From assembly GCA_977017575.1 (NCBI GenBank), contig CDRNVI010000083.1, forward strand, positions 124,001 through 188,000: a DNA stretch of 64,000 nt, given 5' to 3'. Below the pieces are notes generated by a model. That model saw only the letters and a list, made by a program, of their open reading frames with translations, was not told the DNA's origin and searched no databases. This stretch comes from Paramoeba atlantica. Lineage: Eukaryota > Protista > Discosea. This document shows, piece after piece, positions 33,402 to 44,103 of the stretch (position 1 is its first letter; each line of letters starts with the position of its first letter). Both the position numbers and the translations under genes were made by a program.

Positions 33402-34318
33402 ATCAAGTATGTTAAGGAAGCGGTACTTATTAAAGCCGTAAGGATTAAAGGGAAAAAGTTTCGGAAAAAATGATTTGTTTTGTTTGCTTTTTGAAATTTC
33501 AGAAAAAGGCTAAATTTGTTTGAATTTAACCCAGTCAGTGACAGTCAGAAAGGCCAGGCCAGGGAGGGAAAGGGTTTTTCGACCAAACGGCACTATAAGT
33601 GGGGGGGAGTATGTTTCAGTTCGAGGGTAATTTTTTTTCCACCCTCAAAAAAAAAGCGCGCCGCTTCGCGGCGCTATTCTTTCTATCACGAGGTTTTTGT
33701 ATGCCTAAGCGCTCTAAACGGAGTTTATACTCCACTGTTGTGTATGGAGATTGGCTTCTGGAAGGGTGGTGCGTTCGAGATCCTGATGATAAACTCTCTA
33801 GGCTTTGTCCAAAATGCAAGGATTGGGTTTGAAAGCTATAAAGAAGTCAGCAGAACGCTCTCACTCTCTGGATTTTTTCGGATTATTTTTTTTGAAAAAA
33901 ATTTCAACTTGACAAAAAAAATGGTAAAAAAATATTTTTCCAAAATCGTTTCGCCTATTGTATTTTGATAGCTTGGGACCTATTCTAGCTTTCTACGCCA
34001 TTGTTTTCGCGAGATGTGGCTTTTTAAAGCCGTAGGTGAGCCTCCCAAAATGGCCCATTTTTGAAAAAAGTCCAAAAAGTAATTTTCGGACCCAAAGGGA
34101 TCTTTTTGGGTCGGAAGAATGGTGTGGTTGGAGTCGCATCCTCTACCCAGTATGTTTGGTAGCCTCGAATACACGCCTATGAGTGATTTCTCACACGCAA
34201 AAGTCGAATTTAGTGCTCTGAGAGCAAAAATACGCAGAAATGACCACATTTTTACCCGAAAATCGACTACTTTTGGCTATAATATTTCAATTTTCTTCTG
34301 CTTTGCACGCCAATTTTT

Positions 34319-34427
34319 TTATTTAGGCTCTTCGTTAAACGCGGTGGTAGTTTTCAACGCGAAGCGCGCAGCATGAGTGACTTCTAAGTTGAAAACAACC
34401 ACCGCGTTTAACGAAGAGCCTAAAAAA
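34319..34427. repeat. 109-bp palindrome, copy 6
   Basis: Complete copy, flanked on both sides by family-X sequence in opposite orientations. Confidence 0.9.
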
Positions 34428-34799
34428 GTTATTATTATTAATGGCAGGGGGAATACACAGTTTTCGACAAAAAAACATGATTTTCAGGCCAAAAAGGCAA
34501 AATTTTAACCCGAATTTGGGACGTTTTTGAAGCCTTACCAGCAGTTTTTTAGTTCAAAAAACTTTTTTTTAAGACACATTTTTTTAAAGAAAATCCTGCG
34601 TGCATGAAAATAAGTTGATAATTTTTTAAGCGTCTTCACCACATAGAAAGATTTTTTTTAAGATTATCATTATTAATCACAGGGGGAGTAGTTGCCAACA
34701 ACAGACGTACCCCCTTTACAAAAGATAAATGATCACAATGTATGTCATCATACAAAAGGACGAATGATCAAAAAGATCAAAATAAAGAAGTGAAGCACT

Positions 34800-35618
34800 C
34801 TACTGTGTTGCCCAATCCGCGTCCATGCTTAAGTTAATTGCGGCCGGTTTTGTTCTCAGAAGCGCATGATCAAAACTCTCTTTATGACGCTGCTGTAGAA
34901 TCTGTGATTGCAATCGTCTGTTACACTCTACCTCCCTGCGCTCGCGTGTGAAATCTTGGATACAACTTTCTCGAGCTTGCTGGCGCATAGCACGTAGGCT
35001 TTTTACTTGTGAAAGAGCCTGTCTAGTCCGGGTCCCAAGTTGTGTTTTACTCATGGATTCATACGATGTAGCAGAACATTCGTCAGAAACTGAAATAGAA
35101 GACGAATAATTAGACTGAGACATAAAAGGAGGCATACACATGAAACTATTTAGGAGAAATTTCCTTATGTTTGTCGAATCTAGCCCATTTGGACCCCATT
35201 CATTTTCTGTTATGTTGGGCACATCAGGCCTGGAAGAAGTGTTTACTACAACATGTCGAATAATATAACTCGATGTGAAGGAGGAATGGTGAAGGTAGTA
35301 GCAAAGCGGACACGGAATTCGACAGTACCAAAGTTCCTGAAGCGATCTTTTGTTACATAAATTCGCAAAGTATTCATCTTGGATGCGTGGTTCCAAAGTA
35401 AGTAAAATTAGCAAAATCTCCTGTATGGGACACGAGAACAGCTCGCTGACTCCCGAAATAACAAAAACGCTATCAGCTTCCTCCCATACCTTTTCAAGAC
35501 TCTCAAATAGATGCAGAAGCTCAGAAATATGACCTTCCGGAAGATCTAGAAGCACTTGTCGCAAGAGATTCCTTTTACATAATAATTTGAGCTCTGATTT
35601 ACCCAACACTTGCTTCAT
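34800..35618 (-). CDS. Hypothetical protein (272 aa) with C-terminal coiled-coil-like segment
   Basis: Open frame on the host-gene strand with protein-like composition. No recognised motif. Confidence 0.55.
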   Translation of the reverse strand: MKQVLGKSELKLLCKRNLLRQVLLDLPEGHISELLHLFESLEKVWEEADSVFVISGVSELFSCPIQEILLILLTLEPRIQDEYFANLCNKRSLQELWYCRIPCPLCYYLHHSSFTSSYIIRHVVVNTSSRPDVPNITENEWGPNGLDSTNIRKFLLNSFMCMPPFMSQSNYSSSISVSDECSATSYESMSKTQLGTRTRQALSQVKSLRAMRQQARESCIQDFTRERREVECNRRLQSQILQQRHKESFDHALLRTKPAAINLSMDADWATQ

Positions 35619-35790
35619 CTGGTAATAGACAAGCAGAAATATTCATGCATTGTGTTCATTTCCAAAGACTGCAATTTGGAACTCCACATTCCACATGTTG
35701 AAAAGGTTCACAAGAATGAGTTCACAAAAAAGAAAGATGAATATGTGTATTTGGGACCTTATACAGATGAGACCTTACAGTGTAGATTTA

Positions 35791-35968
35791 CTGTCCCTCC
35801 CCCGTTTAAGAGCACTTCGTTTTCCGTGAAAAGTGCGCTTAAACGGGGGGGTCTGAATCACTACATAAAAAAAATTTGGCGCCGCTTCCCGGCGCCGGAG
35901 TCCGCACCTCAACTCTATGTGCGCTTAAACGGGAGGGTCTGACCGGGTGCGCTTAAGGGGGGGGACAG
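35791..35968. mobile_element. TA-flanked MITE with GTGCGCTTAA sub-repeats; partial copy at 46945..47036
   Basis: TA|CTGTCCC.CCCC ... GGGGGGGGACAG|TA. Shared core TTTTCCGTGAAAAGTGCGCTTAAACGGGGGG. Confidence 0.75.
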
Positions 35969-36587
35969 TATATTACTGTGTTCCTTATTACATTTTCACT
36001 TATTATTTTCACTTATTAATCACTTATAATCGAGGGTGGAGCGGTAGTTATACAAAGATTCTTTCTTCCTCTTTCTTCCTATAGGGTTGAAGGGAAGACT
36101 CTCTGCGAGAGCTCTCCAATGCGCTATTATTTTCCAAATTTGGCCAAGTTTTACAAAATTTAGACCCCCACACACAGATGGAAGTTGCCACCCCTGTATG
36201 CTAAACCGGACCCCCATTTAGTAAGTACAGGGGGGTGCACAAAAATATGGGGGGGGTCAAAATTCGTATAACTCGACCAATTTTGCCAACGCCGATGGAC
36301 ATGATAGCGTGCCTAGTGGGCTTTGGTGGCCCCGAGTGGACCCAAAAACCGGAGAGAAATACCTCCGGCGAGGGACAGATTCTAGGCATTGATAATACCC
36401 CACTAAGGAATTCATGAACGATTTTATGAAAACATGACCCAAAAAGCTATAAAAGTGTAAAAGAGATTGTTCGCACTTGTGATCCTGTTTTTGTTTGCAC
36501 GCAAATGTGATGACAAAAATTCTTTTACTACACATTAGTATGCGAATACCTGGGGCATTCATTTTAACATTCATTCAACAACACGCG

Positions 36588-37028
36588 TTACACAAGTTGA
36601 TGTGGCTGAGTGTCTCTCGGAAAAGAATGTGAATACTTCAGTGTTATTCTGCTGAAGAAACTTGTCCATTGGACAACTGATGGGGGAACTGTCTCTGAAT
36701 GAGGCAGTATCAGCCTATTGGTGCGACTGTCATAAAACCTTCCATCCGCACGAGCGCGAAAATTGTGCTTCCCTTGAAGCTCAGGAGCGTGGAGATGGTC
36801 GATGGCACTGGGCAGAAGTCGTTCAGAGTCCTGTGGAGCATTACATAGAGGACAGCAGTTCGTACCTATGATTACAGAGACCCTTTGACATTGGATGCAA
36901 GGATCTTTTGCATCACTATCAATGGTGCATGCACACATTACACACCTTATAGGTTCCCCCAAAGACACGTGGCGGTCCACCTTGCAGCGAGGACAATACG
37001 TTTTTCCCATCACAATAATTACATACAC
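36588..37028 (-). CDS. Small Cys-rich protein with four CxxC pairs (zinc-ribbon-like)
   Basis: CPRC, CVMC, CIQC, CPLC. The ORF start abuts the 37026 MITE, so the 5' end is uncertain. Confidence 0.45.
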   Translation of the reverse strand: MYVIIVMGKTYCPRCKVDRHVSLGEPIRCVMCACTIDSDAKDPCIQCQRVSVIIGTNCCPLCNAPQDSERLLPSAIDHLHAPELQGKHNFRARADGRFYDSRTNRLILPHSETVPPSVVQWTSFFSRITLKYSHSFPRDTQPHQLV

Positions 37029-37801
37029 CCCTGGGCAGCTTCATTTACCCCCCCCCCCCTACAGGTCTTGTATTTTGTTCGATTTCGGAAATATTTGGCA
37101 CGGGACTGTTTTTCGCTACGATCGTCTCGAATCCGCGGTCGTTTTCACTCGAGCGACCTTGATTTGCTCCGAGACCTTAAAATTTTTGTCTAAAAAGTTA
37201 ATTTATTTTTGCCCACCTAGAAAAATCTACTTTTTTTCTGTTTTTTCCTCAATGGTCAAACGATATCGGGCTTCTTCCCTCCCGAATCAGCGTATTTCAC
37301 CAGAAAGGCGAACTTTCATCATATCACGCTACAAGGAACTAAAAACCCTACGTGCTGTAGCTAATGAGCTCAAAATCTCCAGGAATGGAGTAAGATATTG
37401 GGTGCGGCAGGAGTATTATTGGGTGCTTATCAGGAGTACATGTCGATAAATTAAGAAATCCATTTAAAGACTTCCGCAAACGACTTAAATTGGTGGTAGA
37501 AAAGAAAGGTTATCAGATTGGTTATTGAATACGTATTCAGCGTCTTTTTTTCGTTCTCTAAGCATGATTTACATTTTTAAAAACATAAAAAAATATTTAA
37601 AAGCAAGAAATAAATTCAAAAAAAAAGTGTACACCCTCAAAAATTGTCTAGTCATTTTAGTAAAAAAATTTATTCCAATCATGAAAAGGACCGCGGATTC
37701 GAGACGATCGGAGCGAAAAACAGTCCCATACCAAATATTTCCGAAATCGAACAATATGCAAGACCTGTAGGGGGGGGGGTAAATGAAGCTGCCCAGGGGT
37801 G
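37026..37801 (+). mobile_element. Deleted Tc1-like element with HTH remnant
   Basis: About 135-bp TIRs, TA|CACCCCTGGGCAGCTTCATTTACCCC ... |TA. Internal ISPERRTFIISRYKELKTLRAVANELKISRNGVRYW. Related end at about 43040..43150. Confidence 0.8.
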
Positions 37802-38223
37802 TACATACAAAATGGTCAACAAGGACCAGTAGCAGTGGCCCACCATGGCTCCTAGTGGCCCACCGTGGCCCCGAGTGGACCCAGAAAAGACGCCAAGTTG
37901 CAGGGGGTCCAATAGTCACAGCCTAGCAATTAATTATTTAATTAACAGTTAATTAACTAGTTAATTTACCGTGAACTCAGAGTAAGGAACAACACGTGCT
38001 TATGTTTAGCAGCATTCTAATTCAGATATTTTTTGCGTGGCGTGGTTTTCTCGTATCACTCGATCGTCAGATTGCTATTTTGTGACTATTTTGACTACAT
38101 TATCAGTATTTGTACTTTGTTGTTTTCGTGCAGAATTTTACGTGAGACTAGTGGTGGCAATTGATTTACTTTACAATTCAGTTATTTTTTTGGAATTCTG
38201 GGAATTGATAACTTTACAGTTTA

Positions 38224-39215
38224 ATGCCTAGTGCACGTTCTAGACGATCACGCAAATCGCGTAATAGTATTGCAGAAAATGAGCAGACGGCTGATGAATC
38301 TTCGCAGAACGAAGGAGCGGTCCAAAGTGATGACTTGCGAACACGTAAAGCGCACAGGGAAGCTTACGTAGAGCTCGAAGAAAGACTTCGAGAAGCGCCA
38401 ATGCAAGCAGCTGTGCATCAGTCTCAGGCAGAATCTTCACCAGGGAACTCGCATCGAAAGCAGGGTCGAAAATCGCTACTTTTTAACCGCAACGTACAGG
38501 CTTGCTGGGAAGACAAGCTTTGTTCCGTGGAAAATCCTGTGTGTGCACGTTGGATGCGCAAGCACGAGGAATCCGATTTGTGTATGAAAGACAGCATGGT
38601 ACATCACGTGCACTTGATGTGTTTTCGGTGCGGTCACATTACTCATTCCTCGTCACAGTCAGCTCTCTGTGCCCACGCGCGCATATGTACTCAACACACC
38701 GCTTGATTTCGGATAAAATTTTATCTATTGAATACCTTGGAAAGGAATTACCGACGGTAGCGCGCTTTGTGCAGCGTCTCGTGTCTCGTCCTAACAAACT
38801 TCCATCAGCTTCTGTCTTGAAGTGTTACAAAATTTTGAAAGAGCCCGGTTCAATTCAAGCTAAAATTCAAGCAAAAATGGAAGCGACGAATACTTTCTTG
38901 GAAAAAATGCTTCCCCTACGAAATGCCCTTGACCTCTTCTCTGATGATAAGAGAAAACCAATGGCAACTTCGGTGGCTCCTATCTTGGCGCAGTTGAAGG
39001 ACGAAGCAACAAAAAGCAACTCCTTAGAAGACTCATTGCGCTATCACCTGCAACGTCTCGAAAAACAGCATGCCATGAATTTTTTTAGTAATGTAATGTG
39101 GTTGAGTCCACCGTACATCACTTTTCGCGACAAAAGGATTTCTCCCCCATCGGTTGATACTATGAACGACATGCTTGGCAACACCATTCCCATGTTTGCA
39201 CCGCAGAAGCATTGA
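38224..39215 (+). pseudogene. Probable hAT-like transposase remnant (frameshifted)
   Basis: FLEKMLPLRNALDLFS...ATSVAPILAQLK and LRYHLQRL...VMWLSPPY resemble hAT core helices; Cys/His cluster upstream. Weak similarity only. Confidence 0.45.
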
Positions 39216-40946
39216 TATCTACTGTATTATAGATGCCCACTCAAAAATAGGTAGCTTCCCAGTGACTCCTCCGGCTCCGAATTCGCCTTGCAATATAGTC
39301 CGCGAATCGCGCAGCCCCTACGGCACGAACTCTACATTCCATGAGCCCTCTACATTCCATGCGAGTTCCAATGCGTTGCTCTCTCTCAGGGATGACTCGC
39401 TCACTATGCAAATAGCGATGGGGATGAAAGTTAATTTGTTAATTACCGTCCCCCCTTATTTAGTGTTTAGTAGAATTGGGCAAAATTAAACACTAAGTAG
39501 GGGAGAGAAAATATCAATGAAAAATAGGTGAAAAACAGATAAAAAATGAAAAAAGAAATGAAAAAAAACGGCGCCGCTTCGCGGCGCCGTGTCGGTTCAT
39601 GGATGAACTACGAATTATATCCTTTGTGAGGTTTGAAAATGCAATCAAGAATTTGAATTTCTTGTTTAAAGTGTTAAACAATGTTTGATTTCGGCGTTGG
39701 TGCCGTCGATGTTATGGAAGGATGTATTTTACAGAAACTGAGTGTGTTGCTATGCCCTGACCAGCATGTTTATGAACTGACAAGCGTGTTTATGAAGTCA
39801 GTGATGATGTATCTTTATCATTTGAGTCCGTCTCCAACTTTTGTCTAGCCACCAAATGTTCATGCTTGAAGAAGAACGATTTTTACAAGGGAAAAACAAG
39901 GTTAACTCAATTAATGCACGTAAAAAAACCCAAGTAAACGAAAACAAGTATGAATCGATAAAATTGTATTTTATGGTTACTAACATGTATCTATTTGCTG
40001 TTACTGCGCCTCTCATAAGTAATTATAATTATAACTAATATAATTTGCAAAAAAAATATTTTTTGTGTGAAATAATGCTTCACTTTCACCAAACTTTTTC
40101 GAGGATAGGACTTATAAATTATAATTTCGGTGCACAAAATTATAATTTATAAGTACCGTCCCCCCTATTTAGTGTTTAGTAGAATTGGGCAAATTTAAAC
40201 ACTAAGTAGGGGAGAGGAAAGATCAATGAAAAAGATATGAAAAACAGATAAAAAATGAAAAAATGAGCGGAAAAAAACGCTTTGCGGCGCCGTGTTCGTT
40301 GATACCGAAACTACACTCGAAAACTTTCGAAACGAACCAGCTGATGTTCTCCGCGTTTCGGGCTCCATGAAATCCTCCACACTATTTCAAGAGTTCTAAT
40401 CTTTCGTTTAGTCTTGCACAGCTTGTTAAGCAGCCTCTTGATAATTGCATCCTTGGCATTGATTTTTTTTCCAAGGACTTGAATTGTTCGTCACTGAAAT
40501 TAATTGTCATCTGAAATTAATTGTGGAACGGGTGCTTCCTTTTCAGGGGACAAAGAGTCAAGGCTGATATAGTCATCAGCTCCGCGCGATACATCGGAGT
40601 TAAGACCCTTTATTTCCCCTACAGCTTCTAAAAGCTTGGTGTCTAACCCAGGCGACAATGGTCCATTTCCTTGCGCTTCGGCACTATTTTTTCGGTGTTC
40701 TCTGTGGTAATCTGAGTATGCCTAAAAAGAAATAAACTAAAAACGAGTTTCGCAGCTCTTTCAAGGTTGGTCCCATTTTGCGTGAACGGGGTTGTACAAA
40801 AAAATTCGGCGCCGCTTCGCGGCGCCAATTTCTGCGAAGCCTTGAAATTAAACACTAAATAGGGGGGGCAAGGTACTAAATAGTAAATAGGGAGGGGGAC
40901 GGTAATTATAAATACGAATTTCAGGTCTCCAAAGATGAAAATATAA

Positions 40947-41729
40947 TTACTTATGGGAGAAAGAGTATCTCTTTACACTGGGGAATACACTGGAGATATT
41001 TTCTGCTGGTAGGCAAGGTTCCCAGTCCTCACGAAGTTGTTTACGAGTAATTATGCTGCCGCTTACCGCAAAGAGTTCGCGATACAAATTGTTCACGACG
41101 TGAAGCCCACAATTGTTATCACCCGGTACTTGTTGTGGGCACTCTGTATATAAAATCGTAAACGACTGTGGGCGATCATCAACGTATTTCGCGTAGCTCT
41201 CTTTAAACTTGTTCAAATTGTCTTTAGCGGCGCATGTCCCCATCGCTCGAAAACTGTCGAAGACACAAATGTAGTGCCCCACGACCTGTAACAATACAAA
41301 ATGATAAGCGAAGTGGAGGCAAGCGAATATCCTCTTTGGGAAGGATTGCAAACGAGGCAAAACCTCATCCCGCATCAGCTTACCTGTTTTCCACACGCAC
41401 CACAATTCGGTGTCCTCATCCGCCGTCTTGGACTTGTATAGATCAAGCACCTTCGATGTCAAGACGTCAACAGTGTGACCACATATCATTGTCCCGCGTC
41501 GTCGTAGTGGACGCCATCGATCACGTGACGCTTTCTTAGAATCATCGGCCGAAGAAATAACGATTGCAGAATCAGGAGATAAAGCAACCGGAGTATCTTG
41601 GTTCAGGGAAGGTTTTGTAGAATTGATAGCTGGGGAACTTTTAGTGGAGTCGATGGCAGCTTTGAGTAAACTTCTTCCTAGCTCAGGAGTAATCGGCATT
41701 TTCACAGGAACTCTTCGTGGAGGGACCAT
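40947..41729 (-). CDS. Ulp1/SENP-like (clan CE) cysteine protease
   Basis: Ordered catalytic motifs: YHFVLL (His), VFDS (Asp), PQQ (oxyanion Gln), NNCGLHV (Cys). Confidence 0.8.
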   Translation of the reverse strand: MVPPRRVPVKMPITPELGRSLLKAAIDSTKSSPAINSTKPSLNQDTPVALSPDSAIVISSADDSKKASRDRWRPLRRRGTMICGHTVDVLTSKVLDLYKSKTADEDTELWCVWKTGKLMRDEVLPRLQSFPKRIFACLHFAYHFVLLQVVGHYICVFDSFRAMGTCAAKDNLNKFKESYAKYVDDRPQSFTILYTECPQQVPGDNNCGLHVVNNLYRELFAVSGSIITRKQLREDWEPCLPAENISSVFPSVKRYSFSHK

Positions 41730-42295
41730 GCAGTTATCCTGGCGGTTAGATCCGTAGGTGCAATGCAGCGCTTTCTACCAAAGCGCTGCCAAGACCAGCC
41801 AAAGGAGTACTTAAATTTTTTGTATATTCGTTCCTTAGATTTATTAGACAACGGTTTGCCCGAGTCGCTACGAAATACACCTTCTTTGTCCATTAGCTCA
41901 AACAACACGGATTTGGTTTTAGACAAGTGCTCTGACCACAGTCTTTCTAGCTCTTCTTGTACCTTTCGTTCCGCCCCTCTTCTTTCCGAATTAGCGTTCC
42001 TTTCTCTTTTTAGAGAACTCCCACCACGGTTTACTCGTTCTTGATAAACTTGAGAACCGATTCGCTTGATCTGATAAATACACTGCTCTGTCGCTTTATA
42101 CTTCTTTGATAGTGACTTTGCACTCTCGCTCGATCTGCTAATCGTCAGCTTGTCTTGCATTGAAAGACTGGCTTTAGTGTGTGGCAATGCTTCTTCGAGG
42201 AAAGACGTCACATCAACATTTGAGGTAATCTGGTTAGTCAATGAACCAACCCGAGGGAGTGGTTGTCTTGACCTGCACCAGCCAGAAAGGTCCAA
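41702..42295 (-). pseudogene. CENP-B/pogo-like DNA-binding region
   Basis: First HTH-like segment followed by FKYSFGWSWQRFGRK, like the F..S.GW..RF motif. No DDE domain follows. Confidence 0.55.
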
Positions 42296-43302
42296 TCGAC
42301 ATACAAAGAGGAATATATCAAGGAAAAGAAATCTTTTTCACTTCTATTTCGAATGGGTAGATTAAATTAGACGAAATCGAATATTATAGGAAAAAAAAAA
42401 TCGGCGCCGCTTCGCGGGGCCAATCTCTACGAACCTTTGAACACTAAATAGCGGGGGCAAGGTACTAAATAGTAAATAGGGGGGACGGTAATTGTAAATT
42501 AATTGTGGTAATTTATTAATAGTAAATTAATTAATTAACTGCTAAGGTGTGAATAGTGGGTGATTTCCAATAGTGGGTGATTTTTAATTCAGATCACCCA
42601 CTCTTGGACAAAGGGGTTTTACGAACGCATTCAAAATTTCTCTTTTCTCGCAAGTCTTTCGACAAATTGTTCTAGTTTTTCTACTGAAAACCCCCGAAGG
42701 CCCCTGACATGCAGACGCCCACCCCCTACGCCATATACGCCTCCTGTTGAGGCTCCCGAGCTAATCTCTCTTACTGGGGGATCTCTTACTGGGGGTATAA
42801 GGTAGTAGGAAAATCGTTGTGACATTTCTCGTCATCTTCGAAATCGCATGCAAAATGACTTTTGATGTCAGAGTACACTTCTACACCGATATCACATGAG
42901 TTATCACCTAATCCGCGTCTTCTGACTTACCTTACTACTGTCTTTCATCCGAAACATTCGAAAAAAATACACCGAAAAAAGTTGTAATTAGCTTTTTTGA
43001 CCCCTACCTGGCTAGGGGGGGTAGGGGGTTGCTCGAGTGAAAGGGACCTCGGATTCGGAACGGTTGGGTCGAAAAACGGTGGTATACCAAATATTTCCAA
43101 AATTGGAAAAAATACAAGACCTGTAGGGGGGGGGGTAAAGGACGCTGATCACCACTGTAACACTTCCCTGCGCTCGATTTTGAAAAGCAAAAAAGTTGGA
43201 AAAAAATTCGCGACGTATGCCCGCCCCTGGACCCCCCATTTTTCTTAATTTTGTTTTTCAGCTTTGGACCACCGGAGCACCTTTTTTTCTTCTATCTATA
43301 TA

Positions 43303-43704
43303 CCGGTGAAACGGTTATTAAGGATAAAAGTAATTAAGGAAGAACGGATTTAAAAACTAATTATTGCCTTAATTAAAGTGGCGCTGATAAAAGCCGAAAA
43401 CAGTTCTTATTTAAATATTGTCGTTTGTAGCATAAATATCACATTTCTGCTAAAAGTGCTCAATTTCTGATCATTTTTCATGTTTTTCGAACTTTTCTAG
43501 ACGAGCTTCGCCTATTTCGCCAACCTTTACGGTCTTCAACCAGTTCAACGTGTGAGAGAAAAGCTAAAACGATCATTGAAAGGAGAAGTCTGAGACGGAT
43601 TCATGAAATTAATTTTTCCCAATCTTTCCTCCAAAATAACAGAAAATTAATTATTGCCTTAATTAAAGCTGCCTTAATTACCCTTAATTGAAGTTTCTAC
43701 GGGA
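43303..43704. mobile_element. Degenerate TA-flanked MITE
   Basis: Imperfect TIRs (CCGGTGAAAC...TTAAGG / CCTTAA...GTTTCTACGGG) with TTATTGCCTTAATTAAAG sub-repeats. Confidence 0.55.
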
Positions 43705-44103
43705 TATCTTCTTCTATCTATCTATATTTATATTACTGTGTTCCTCTTTATATTTTCACTGTTTTTGTTCTCATGACTCTCGAATACTCATGAGGAGGCG
43801 AATTCAATGCTAAAGTAAAGGTTAGTGTGTGAGGGGGGTTGTTTGGGCAAGTCAGAGTCTTCAAGAAAGGCACGACTCCGATTCATAACTGAGAAGTGTA
43901 ATGGATCATTAGGGGTTCAAGAGCAAATCCCGGTGGTATATGTTCTTTTGGATGTCACATTGTTTTGTGCGGAAACCGTCTTATGTTCGTAGTTTTAATT
44001 TTCTTTGGAATTCGTTGATTTTTAGTTACTTTTAAGATTTTTTTTGAAATGTGCGCAAACTTCGTTCAATCTGACCGAATAATGGATGAGAATAAAAACT
44101 CGC

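Larger units (their letters stand above)
39446..42488 (-). mobile_element. pogo-like TA-flanked element with a same-family element nested at 40156..40902
   Basis: Ends TA|CCGTCCCCCC.TATTTA at 39446 and 40156; inverted ends at 40902 and 42488. Confidence 0.7.
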
